Assembly (NCBI GenBank): GCA_036510135.1
Contig: DATCEJ010000177.1
Span: 1 to 46,247, forward strand
Origin: Roseiarcus sp.
GTDB lineage: Bacteria; Pseudomonadota; Alphaproteobacteria; Rhizobiales; Beijerinckiaceae
Direction of reading: 5' to 3'
DNA length: 46,247 nt
Below the pieces are notes generated by a model, which was given only the letters and a program-made list of their open reading frames with translations, was not told where the DNA came from and searched no databases. Shown in pieces: positions 1 to 9,204 of this stretch (position 1 is the first letter of the stretch; each line of letters starts with the position of its first letter). Both the position numbers and the translations under genes were made by a program.

Positions 1-110
1 CTTCGTCAACCCATATTCTCAAGCTAAATGGATATTCTCAACTAAAATGGCTCAGCGTAAAGCATTGGCTTTGTTCAAACTGAATTCTCACGCCAAAATG
101 GCTCCCGACA
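1..110. mobile_element. Terminal end of a DDE transposon (Tn7/Tn5053/IS21-type end with multiple transposase-binding sites); element body lies left of the window
   Basis: Ends in ACA at 108-110 (TGTCGGGA on the minus strand). Three copies of ATTCTCA-N3-4-(T/C)AAA(A)TGG at about 13-31, 32-53 and 82-104. AT-rich relative to the flank. It cuts the autotransporter reading frame right after ...LQPGDAPG. Confidence 0.75.
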
Positions 111-3100
111 CCCGGCGCGTCGCCCGGCTGAAGGGTCCCCGCGACGGTCGTCGGCGCGGCGATCACGCCGCTCCCGCTCAGGGTCCCGCGGGGATTGACC
201 ACGATCGAGGTTCCGGCGAGCGATCCATCGACCTGAAACGTTCCCTCCGCCACGACCACGTTCTGAAGCTAGGCGAGATCCTCGAGCGCGAGCGCGCCCG
301 CCCCGGCCTTGGTGAAGCATTCCCTGGGCCAGCCAGAGACCGTTTCCAGTGAGCGCGTTGGGACCGGTGTCGATTGTCGCCCCGTCGGCCCCGATCGCAA
401 CCGTCCGTGAAGTCGCGAACGAACCGGTCGCTCGCAAGGTCGCGGCGTCGATCCCGATCTGGCCCATCGGATCGCCCAGCGCCGAATCCGCGCCTACCGC
501 GAGCGCGCCGGCCTGGATGAAGGCGCCGCCCTGATAGCTGTTCGCCCCCGTGAGCGTCAGCGTCGCCGGCCCGATCTTGTCGAGGGCGCCGACACCGGAG
601 ATCGGCCCCGAAAGCGTCGCGTTCGCCTCCGCATCGAACACCCCCGTCGTCTGCAGGAGAATGGGCCTGGCCGAGGACAGAGGCGCGTCGAACTCGAGCG
701 CGCCGCCCCCGCAGAGGCTCGCGGAGACCGTGCAATTGGCGAAGGTTATTCCGCCCTGCGGCGCGCCAAGGCTTGCGTCCGACGCAATCGCCGTCACGCC
801 GCCCTCGATATAGACGCCGCCGCTATAGCTCGCGTTCCCGCTCAAGGTCAGGCGCCCAGGGCCGAACTTGTAGAGCGGCCGGCTGAAAGCCGAACCATCG
901 GCCGCTGTCCCGTCGGTCAACAAAGCGGGATCGGGGCGCGAGTCGTTGCCCGCGAGCCCGAACCAGAGCTGCGTCGCGTTCGCGAAATGACTGGTGACGT
1001 CCGTGAGCGCCCACATCCCCCGGCCATAGGAGGCCGCGACCAGCGTGTCGATCGTGGGGTAGTATTCCAGGTCCTGGATCTGCGTGTTCGGCAGCCGGAG
1101 GGCGAGATTGATCCAGTTGTAGCTCGACGAACTCGTCGGATTGGCCGGAAAAGGATTTTCCGTCGCGATGATGTTTCCTGGCGCGCTGCCGTCGAGAGCG
1201 CTCTGAGCGCTCTCGACGCCGCCAACCAGCAGAAGCTTCACGCCATTGTTCGGGCCGCCCATGCTATCGGCGATATAGCCGAGGCTGCTTGGATACTGGA
1301 AGCCCTTCGGCAGCGCCCCGCCCGGCGCTAGGGTTGAGAAGCTCGCCCCCATCGTGTTCGTCGCATAGACGTTGTTCGTGTCGGCGATGAAGAAGTTCTT
1401 CTCAGTCGCCGGATCGAACAGGACGCTGACAGGATTGCCGGGGTTCCCGCCGTTCAGGCCGGAATAGGCCGTCAGCAGATTGGTCGCTACGTCGACTTTC
1501 GGGTTGTTCCGATATTGTTGCTCGGTCCTGAGATAGACGCCACAGGTCCCAAAGGCGGAGACGAGAGTCGAGGGCAGCGGACCCCCGGCGAGGATCGCAT
1601 CCGGGGCGTCTCCTGAGTTGCATAAGCGATCTTCTGCGCCCATGCGTCGATGTTGAACAGATTTTCGCTGGAAATGTCGGTCACTGCGATCGTGCAGGTC
1701 GCGCTCGGGCTCGAGCAATTCTGGTTCGTGGGGTTCCCGGCGTCGGGCGTGCCCGGGTCAGTCCACGCATAGAGGCGGGACGAGCGAAACAGCAGCTTGG
1801 AGGGATCGACCGCGTTGACGGCGACGACGATGCCGGTGGCGAATTCGCCGCCATCCAGATTCGCTTGATTGTCGTAATAGTTCACCAACCCGCTGGCTGT
1901 CTGGATGTCGATGTCGAACAGCGTGGGCGGCGACGCGGGCGAAAGCGGCTGATTGGCGAAAATCCGCGCGAGCTCAGGCGCATCGGCGGTGGCGTAGAAG
2001 ATCGACGGTCCGCCGGTATGGTCATTGACGGCCACTGTAAACCCGTCGCCGTCGAGGACGTTGCCCCAGGCGGCGTTCTGGCCGAAGAACCGCCGGGCTT
2101 TTCGCCGACTGCGACAAGCCCGCCCCGTTGTCCTGAGCGGCGAAAGCGAGACGGCCAGTATTGGGGTCCATGACGGCGGAATAGGTCTCGATCGCGCGTA
2201 TCGGCGACCCGTCGGCCGCCGAGCCGCCGAACGGCCGCCATGTCCCTCGCCCCTGCGGGTCGGTCATCGCGTAAAGGCCGCCGTCATCCGCCGCGATCAA
2301 GTCGCCGTTCGAGGCAAACGTCAGGGAACGGGTGTCGGGATGCGGAGATTGGCCTGCGCCCGGGAAGCTGATCTGCGTGAATGTCGCCGAGTTGCTGGCC
2401 GCGTCGTAGTTGATGCGCACGATCGTCGCGATCTCGTTGTCCGGCGCGAGATCCGGCAGCGAAATATCGAAAAGGCCGCTGCCCGCGATATAGGCGACGC
2501 CCTCATGGATGGGATCCGCGATCAGCGCGAAGTGATTCTCGCCTTGGGGATTGCCCTCGAGGGTGCAGCCGGGAAGAACGCAATCGCCGCCCGACGAGAT
2601 GAGCAAAGGCTCGCCGAGATTGTACCACGTCGGCGCCCCGGAACTCGGCATGAAGCGCGGCGTGTAGAAGACGCCAATCTCTTCATTTCCACCCGATGGC
2701 GCGACGACGCCGACGAAGAGCGAGCCGTTGGCGCCGGGCGCCGCCTTGATATTGAGATCGTCCTTTCCGGCGAAAGAAACAGGATAGAGGCCTGTCGGGT
2801 TCACGGCCTTTATCAGCGGCGTCGTGTTGTCGAGAACGGTCTGCCAGGAGGCGCCCTGGTCGACGCTATACAACACACCGCCCGCGTTATGATAGGCGTA
2901 GCCGTTCCGCGCGGCGACAAGCACGGTCTGGTTGCTGACACTCGTCGCGACGAGGCTCGAGACTTCCGTATTGAAGCCCGGAACGAGCGAAAAAGTCTGC
3001 CCGCCGTCGGTGCTCCGGTAGAGACCCCCGGCGTTGAAGAAGGAGGCTGAGCCCCAGGAGCTCCCGGTGCCGACAAGCACGGTCTGTCCATCGACCCAAA

Positions 3101-3695
3101 GCCCCTTCACGCTCGCGGGCGACGGGTCCGTGTACTGCAGCCCATCGGATCCGATGTACAGGTTCTGGATCCCCGTCGGGGTCCACGATTTCCAGTCGAC
3201 GCCGCCGTCCGTGGATTTGAGAAGCGTCGTTTGCGGGCTGAACGCTGCAAAGAGGCCGCCCGCGCTGTAGGCGCCTGTGCCGGCGTAGAGCGTCTTCCCG
3301 TTCGGGTCGGCCGCATCGAGCGCGATCGCGCCGACCTCAAGCGCCGGCTGGCTATCGGTCGTCGGCGTCCAGGTGGCGCCGCCGTTCGTGGTTTTCCAGA
3401 CGCCCCCGGACACGGTCGCCGCCCAATAGGCCGATGGATCTGTCGGACTTTGCAGGATCACGTTCGCGGCGCCGTAGACCGGGTCCCCCGACGCCATTCC
3501 GGTGACCAGAGTGTTGCTGTTGAGATTATTGGGCGCGCTGGGAACTGTGCTGAGCGACGTGGACGGTCCCGCCTCCACGAATTGCGCCGAGGCCGATTGA
3601 GACAGACCGACGGCGGCGGTCACAACACAGAGGCCGGCGGCCGCGCCCAACGGTCGGCGCCAGGCGCGCCCTGCGCCGATCGACCGGCAAATCAT
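111..3695 (-). pseudogene. Autotransporter-type protein with BNR/Asp-box beta-propeller passenger and autotransporter-associated beta-strand (PATR) repeats; frameshifted and transposon-truncated
   Basis: Signal peptide (..VVTAAVGLSQSASA/QF). Asp-boxes (KTTNGGATW, KSTDGGVDW, RSTDGGQTF), HPDTR/DDGG/QDNG/ASYGRGMW motifs, PATR repeats (LYKFGPGRLTLSGNASYSGG; LDKIGPATLTLTGANSYQGG). Split over ORFs 2022-3695, 1487-2035, 75-1718 and 38-259, with frameshifts near 2090, 1615 and 315. Confidence 0.85.
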
Positions 3696-3915
3696 TATGA
3701 TTTCCCCAGCCCCCGATTAAGGTTTCAACCTTCCCCCGCGGTGTCAATTGGCAAAGCTGTCGGGGGAGAGAACCGCCTTGGCGGTTTCCATGATCGAACG
3801 GCCGGCATGAACGCTCAAGCCGCCGGGGCCCTCGATATGCGATCAGGGATCCAACAATCCTGGAGGATGCGGCGCTCGTCGCGAAGATTTTGACGGTCCG
3901 CTCAGGTCGACACCG

Positions 3916-4036
3916 GACGTCCGCTTCGCGCAATAGCGGTCATTGTGGGACCGCTGTGCGAACGGGTCAATCGATCCGAAGCGGAAGTTTGCCTCGCGCG
4001 TGACGATGGACGGCTGATGACCCCATTGCCGGCATT
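3916..4036. repeat. Tandem degenerate ~29-bp palindromic units, ~45-48-bp period
   Basis: GACGTCCGCT-N9-AGCGGTCATT (3916-3944), AACGGGTCAA-N9-AGCGGAAGTT (3961-3989), GACGGCTGAT-N8-TGCCGGCATT (4009-4036). The arm AATGACCGCT recurs at 9297-9306. Confidence 0.45.
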
Positions 4037-4161
4037 CCGTCCCGACCTTGAACGTCGCCGAACGACAAGTGAAGATTCCAGTGCGGCGGACGTCACTGCG
4101 TGAGGGGCTTGGCACAAGTCAAGGCGTGGTCGATACGGCAACGTCGATCGCGAGAGAACGG

Positions 4162-4404
4162 TTACATCGACGCTGTAGCTGGGGTTCGTCTCCATTCAAT
4201 AGCAGCCGCCCCGACCATCACGATGGTGACGACGAACAGGCCGACGACAATCATCCGCTCAACCGATCCATCATGATGATCTGGATCCCAACCGGACACG
4301 AACTCGATCCAGTCCGGAAATATTGGAGTGATGAGCGCCAGCAGACCGGTTATTGCGGCCAAGCCAACTTCGACCCAAAACAGAGGCCTAAAATTCCGCC
4401 GCAT
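4162..4404 (-). CDS. 80-aa two-TM membrane protein (PDWIE..GWDPD.HDGS.E loop motif)
   Basis: ATG at 4404 with GGAGAG upstream. Two hydrophobic helices flank an acidic loop. Resembles a small membrane family I recall mostly from Actinobacteria, often loosely annotated 'ABC permease'. Confidence 0.75.
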   Translation of the reverse strand: MRRNFRPLFWVEVGLAAITGLLALITPIFPDWIEFVSGWDPDHHDGSVERMIVVGLFVVTIVMVGAAAIEWRRTPATASM

Positions 4405-4454
4405 TTGAAGCTCTCCAAGATTCCAGCCGCGCCGCCAGGCGCGCGCCCTCAAAC

Positions 4455-7400
4455 CTATCCGCGATCCTCGTCTCCATGGTCGTCGTCGTCGTCGTCACAG
4501 CAGGGATAGCCTTGCTGGCAGCCATGATGCTTGTCGCAACAATTCTTGCGGCAATCTTCGCAATCCTCCTTGTGGCAGTCGTCGCAACCCTCTTTGCGGC
4601 AACTGCCCCAAATCGTGTAGGCCAGCACCTCGACGAACTTGACCGGCGTCACGGGATCGTCGCTCTCGATCGCCAGCTCGCACGGGCGAGGGCATTTTTC
4701 ACCAGCGCGATATTGAATGACCACCGGAAGGCTCGAGCCGGGCCGCAGCCTGGCCGGGAACGGATTGTTGAGCAATCGCCAGCGCCGGCTCCTCCGTTTG
4801 AAGCGCACGCTGGTCACATCGAGGGCGCAATCGCCTGTATTGCTGATCCATAGAGTGCGGTCCGCGCAGCATCCAACGCTTACCCCGCCGAACATCGTCG
4901 AACCTGAGACCGTGAGCTTGCCAGGAGGCGCGTCGCCGGAAACATTGACGCTGATGGGACTCGCGGGATCGTCGCTCGTGACTGTGATCGTCCCGGCCTT
5001 GGGACCGAAGCTGAGGGGCTTGAACCGGATCGGCACGGGCAGCGCATCGCCTGGCCCGACCGTGATCGGGTAGGACAAGACTACTGGCCCAAGGAAATCG
5101 GCTGCGCTGGACGAAATCCCGGTAATGGAAAGCGGGCACTTGCCGCTGTTGGTCACGATCAGCGGTTCATCGGCAAACGAGCCGACGCAGACGGCGCCGA
5201 AGCTTCCCCCATTCGCGATGATCAGGTTCGCCTTGGCCGCTGCAAGGACGCCAGAGACAGAGACCACGTGGGGCCCTGTCGGATCATTGCTGAGGATCGT
5301 GATCGTGCCGGCCTTCGGACCATAGGGAGCCGAAGGCTGAAAGCGGATGACCACATCGATCGAATCGCCCGGATCGACAAGCAGGGGGTAAGAAAGCGCG
5401 CTTGGCGCGAGGAAGTCCGGGGACCCGGCGATGTTCGAGATCGATAGCGGGCAGGTCCCAGTATTGTTGATGGTGAGCAATTCGTCGGCAAACGAGCCAG
5501 GACAGACGTTTCCGAAACTGGCGGAATTGGCGATCGCCGTCGCGATTTTGGCCCTTCCCAGGACGGCTGTCGCCGCGAGGTCGACAAATGGAGCAGCTGG
5601 GTCGTTCGTAATGATCCGGATCGTCGCGATCTCGGGCGCTAGCCCGGTCGGGGTGAAGGCGACGGTGAAATCGATGTTCTCGCCGGGAGCGAGGCTCAGC
5701 GGCGTCGCGGGGTTTGCGAGCACCGTGAAGTCGGTCGATCCCATGAGGCGCTGGACGCTGGTGACAACGAGATCCGTGGCGCCGACGTTGGAAACCTCGA
5801 TTGTCAGATAATGAGTCGATCCCGCACACACCGTTCCAAAAGCGAGACCGTGTTGAAGGCCGACAGCAATCGCGGGACCAGTCGGCTTCACGAAGGAAAA
5901 CATGCCGCGGCCGAAGGTCGCTGCCCTCAGTTCGCCATTCTGGAACGCCAGGTCGAACACCGGCGCTCCCGGAAAATGGATGTCGTCGAGCACGCTCCAG
6001 TTCGCGCCGCCGTCGACGGACCGCAGCACGCCGAAGTCAGTTCCCGCGAACAGGGTCGTAGCAATCCCGCTGCCATCAAGGGCGAGCGCGTTGAACGGCA
6101 GGTCGAGCGGCGGCGAGATGTCGGTCCATGTCGCTGCGGCGAGCGTGGTTCGGAAGACGTGCCCTCCCGGAGAGCCGTTGAACCCGCCGAGCACGGCGTA
6201 GATCGTTGCTGGATCATTGGGATCGAAGGCGACGCGCGCGACGAAACGGCCAGGCAGATTGCGCGTGATGTCCTTTAGGGTGAAAGCCGCCAGCGCATCC
6301 GTCGAGACCAGCACCTTTCCCCCGACTGCGACGACAAGATTGTTGCTGTTGGCCGGCGCGACGTCCACGTCATTGGCGGTCCCGGGAATCGGAGCTTTGT
6401 TCGGCCAGGTCGACCCGCCGTCGGTGCTTCGCCAGAGATTCAGCTTGCTGCTCGCATACACGCCGCCGCCCGCGTTTGGATCGGTCGCGACGGCCGCGAG
6501 GTAGGTCCCCCCTTCCGAAGCCGGCCATGGAGGCGTGATGTTCGCGTATGAGTCTCCGTCGTCCGTCGAACCGACGATCGTCGCGTTAAACCTGCCGTAG
6601 ACGCTCGTCGCGTTCAGCCAGTCGTGCGCGACCGCGAAGCCGTCGCCGCCTGCGCCCATCTTCCAGGTCGGAGCTGGTTCGCCCGCCGTGCTGACGATGC
6701 CGTTGTCCTGGAGAGCGCCAAGGGTCACGCTCGCCGTCGCGTCGCGCTTGACGTCGAGGTTGTAGAACAGCGCCGTCTGAATCCCGCCAGCATTGAGAGA
6801 CGTGAATGTCGTGCCGCTGGCGCAGCTGAAGAATCCTCCGTCATTGCCGCAATAGGTGACGGAGAAGGGACCTGGCTGAGGCGAAAACGCCCATGCATGC
6901 GTATCGGCGTGGAGTCCGCTCAAGCCTGCAAAGCTGGCGCCCGCGTCAACGGACCTCGCTTGAAACTGGTTGCCGAAATAGATGATGTCGCCCGTCCCGT
7001 CGCCGGGCGATTGGGGATCGACGGCCATGAGGAAGCTGTAGCCGCCCTGGGGCGAGGCGATTATTCCCGCCAATCCCGTGGCGGCTCGAGCGCTCCAGAT
7101 ATTGCCCTGATCGGTGCTCTGGAAGAGGCCGACGGTGTTCGGCGCGCTTCCGGTTCCGACCATCGTGGCGTAAAGCACCTGAATGCCGGCGGGGTTCGCG
7201 GGCGAGGCTGGGGGTGCGAGCGCCACGACAACTTTGCTGAATCCCCCGCCGGCGAGGGCGGCGGCGACCGCTGGGGTTGCCGCGTTAAGGACGGCATGCC
7301 AGTTCCGCCCCCCGTCGGTGGACTGAACGACGCCAACCCCGGTGACGCCCGCGTACAAGATGCGAGCGCCGGCTGGCGCGGTCGTATCGAGCGCCAGGGA

Positions 7401-7955
7401 ACGCACGTCCCCGGCAGGGGCCACGCCCTGGGTCCAGTTGAAGCCGCCGTCGGTCGAAACAAAGAGGCCGGCGCTGGATGCGAGATAGAGGGTCTGAGTG
7501 TTGGCCGGATCGACGATGACGACGGTGATGCGCTGATTGAAGAGAATGCTCGCGTTGCCAGGAGGGCCCGAGGGATAGCCGGAACCGAGGCGGATCCAAC
7601 TGGCGCCGCTGTCGGTTGACTTGAAGAGACCCGCCGGAGGCTGCGTGGCCTCGCCGGAGAACTGCGAGCCCTCGCGGCTAGTGGTCCCGACGTACAAAAT
7701 ATTTGTGTTAACTGGATCGATCGCGAGGGCGCCTGGGTCGCCGACGCCGACCGAGGGCGCTCGATCAAAAATCGGCGTCCAGTTGGCGCCGCCGTCGCGC
7801 GTGAGCCAGACGCCGCCCCAGGCTGTGCCGATGTAAATGACGTTGGGGTTGTTCGGATTGATGGCGATCGCGGTGACCTGACCGTTGGCGCTGATCGCGC
7901 CCTGGTCAATCGGGCTCGGGCCGATTGGCGCCCAAACCGTGCCGTTCAGGCTCAT
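4455..7955 (-). CDS. 1166-aa BNR/Asp-box beta-propeller protein + 4 Ig-like (ASH/choice-of-anchor-D-like) repeats + Cys/His/Asp-rich tail
   Basis: Start MSLNGTVWAPIGPSP overlaps the upstream stop (ATGA). Many S/TxDGGxxW boxes, HADTH/NDGG/QDNG/ATFGRG motifs, four FGxV...NxG..L.I...F.P...TI.I.S.DP repeats, and a tail CRKEGCDDCHKEDCEDCRKNCCDK...CCDDDDDD. Confidence 0.85.
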   Translation of the reverse strand: MSLNGTVWAPIGPSPIDQGAISANGQVTAIAINPNNPNVIYIGTAWGGVWLTRDGGANWTPIFDRAPSVGVGDPGALAIDPVNTNILYVGTTSREGSQFSGEATQPPAGLFKSTDSGASWIRLGSGYPSGPPGNASILFNQRITVVIVDPANTQTLYLASSAGLFVSTDGGFNWTQGVAPAGDVRSLALDTTAPAGARILYAGVTGVGVVQSTDGGRNWHAVLNAATPAVAAALAGGGFSKVVVALAPPASPANPAGIQVLYATMVGTGSAPNTVGLFQSTDQGNIWSARAATGLAGIIASPQGGYSFLMAVDPQSPGDGTGDIIYFGNQFQARSVDAGASFAGLSGLHADTHAWAFSPQPGPFSVTYCGNDGGFFSCASGTTFTSLNAGGIQTALFYNLDVKRDATASVTLGALQDNGIVSTAGEPAPTWKMGAGGDGFAVAHDWLNATSVYGRFNATIVGSTDDGDSYANITPPWPASEGGTYLAAVATDPNAGGGVYASSKLNLWRSTDGGSTWPNKAPIPGTANDVDVAPANSNNLVVAVGGKVLVSTDALAAFTLKDITRNLPGRFVARVAFDPNDPATIYAVLGGFNGSPGGHVFRTTLAAATWTDISPPLDLPFNALALDGSGIATTLFAGTDFGVLRSVDGGANWSVLDDIHFPGAPVFDLAFQNGELRAATFGRGMFSFVKPTGPAIAVGLQHGLAFGTVCAGSTHYLTIEVSNVGATDLVVTSVQRLMGSTDFTVLANPATPLSLAPGENIDFTVAFTPTGLAPEIATIRIITNDPAAPFVDLAATAVLGRAKIATAIANSASFGNVCPGSFADELLTINNTGTCPLSISNIAGSPDFLAPSALSYPLLVDPGDSIDVVIRFQPSAPYGPKAGTITILSNDPTGPHVVSVSGVLAAAKANLIIANGGSFGAVCVGSFADEPLIVTNSGKCPLSITGISSSAADFLGPVVLSYPITVGPGDALPVPIRFKPLSFGPKAGTITVTSDDPASPISVNVSGDAPPGKLTVSGSTMFGGVSVGCCADRTLWISNTGDCALDVTSVRFKRRSRRWRLLNNPFPARLRPGSSLPVVIQYRAGEKCPRPCELAIESDDPVTPVKFVEVLAYTIWGSCRKEGCDDCHKEDCEDCRKNCCDKHHGCQQGYPCCDDDDDDHGDEDRG

Positions 7956-8272
7956 TGTTCCGGCCCCTTCCCGCCCGGGAGGGTCTGCCCCGGCGATTGC
8001 GGCTCGGGAGCCGGAGCGCCGACACCCGGAGCCGTAGACGGCCTGACTACGGCGCCGGGTATCCGGTACCATTGCTCGCGGGCGAGCGCATATCGTTCCG
8101 GCGTCGCCGGCAGACCGCCGGCAAACCGACGCTTCTCAACCCGATGGTGTTCCTCGGGATCGTCGTATGGCTCCTCGCGCTCGCGTAAGTGTTCGCGATG
8201 TCGCTCCTGCTCGCGATCGCCCCTGTCCCCGCCCCCGTCACGAGGGCCGCCGCCCCTTGGTCTGTGGGCCAA
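7952..8272 (-). CDS. 106-aa highly charged hypothetical protein translationally coupled to the propeller gene
   Basis: AAGGGAGG RBS 5 nt before the TTG start, GC-rich third codon positions, stop overlaps the next ATG (ATGA). Confidence 0.7.
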   Translation of the reverse strand: MAHRPRGGGPRDGGGDRGDREQERHREHLREREEPYDDPEEHHRVEKRRFAGGLPATPERYALAREQWYRIPGAVVRPSTAPGVGAPAPEPQSPGQTLPGGKGPEQ

Positions 8273-8516
8273 TGCAACCTCCCTTGTGGGCTCAACCGCT
8301 CCTAACCCAGCTGGAGCGGATTGGTCGACTCAAACGGCGTTGGGAAATCGGCCGTTAGTGACGAGCTCTTCCGGCGGAAGCTTCCGGAAAGCGTTTCGCC
8401 AACATAGGGCAAAATCTAGCCTAAATTGTGTTAGCCGCTTGTTCGTTGGACGTTACTGTACGCTGGAAGCGGCCAAAGTGCGTGGACCCCTTGACCGACT
8501 GCCCGTGCGGACTTCC

Positions 8517-8546
8517 TGGTGGAGCTGAGGGAACTCGAACCTCTGA
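8517..8546 (-). other. tRNA-Ala-like 3' fragment (T-arm + acceptor + ACCA); possible att remnant
   Basis: Minus strand reads TCAGAGGTTCGAGTTCCCTCAGCTCCACCA: T-loop GTTCGA plus the Ala-type AGCTCCACCA end. No 5' half is present. Confidence 0.6.
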
Positions 8547-8799
8547 GCTCCACGGGGTACGCGGCCGCGCGCGATGACAGCGGCGCCGCTTCCAAGGGCT
8601 AAGACTGTCGAGGGCGCGCCTCTGGATCTGGGCCGACCGGCGGTGCTTTACTTGCTCGGCTCAGCGCCAGCGACTCAAAGGTCACGCCCGTCTCGACGAG
8701 AACCGCCGGGTTGCCTGTCGCCGCCTCGTAACGTCGGACGATCACATCGACATAGAGCAGGTCGAGCTCGATTCCGCGGCAGACGCGACCGGTCTTCTC

Positions 8800-9204
8800 G
8801 GCGGCGAAAAGCCGAGACGGCGGTGCGCACCACAGCGGCGGTGTTGGGACAGGCGTCGCCGGGCGCCGGTAATTTCTCGCTTTGTCACGGCGACGGGGGC
8901 AATGCCGATCTGCTCATTCTGGCATCCGATGTTCTGTCAAGGCCGGCTCTCAGACGCGAAGCCGAGAACACTGTGGCCCGCGCGCTCGATCGCTTCGAGG
9001 CCATGCGTTCGCCCTGGCCGTGCGGCGTCCCTGGCGCAGGCGAATCTCCCAATCTTCTGCTGGGCGTTGCCGGGATCGGCTATTTCCTTCTGCGCCTCTA
9101 TGATTTCTGAAAACATCCGAACCGCACTGCTTCCCGCTGCGATCGCGCAAAGGCCAGCGAAACCGCGCCGTGAGGAGCCCAAGCCACAGCGACCGGCCGC
9201 GTGA
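8800..9204 (+). pseudogene. C-terminal fragment of a LanC-like/LanM lanthionine synthetase cyclase domain
   Basis: NFSLCHGDGGNADLL (Zn-binding CHG) and SPNLLLGVAGIGYFLLRL. N-terminal part absent. Frameshift near 9105 (continues as ..SENIRTALLP). Confidence 0.8.

Noticed and set aside
3916-4094. Possible CRISPR array
   Set aside because: Units are too degenerate, gaps are only 16-19 nt, and there are no cas genes.
7956-8072. N-terminal extension of the 1205-aa ORF (MVPDTRRRSQ...), superficially Tat-like
   Set aside because: No hydrophobic h-region. It overlaps the better-supported 106-aa ORF, and the ATGA coupling points to a start at 7955.
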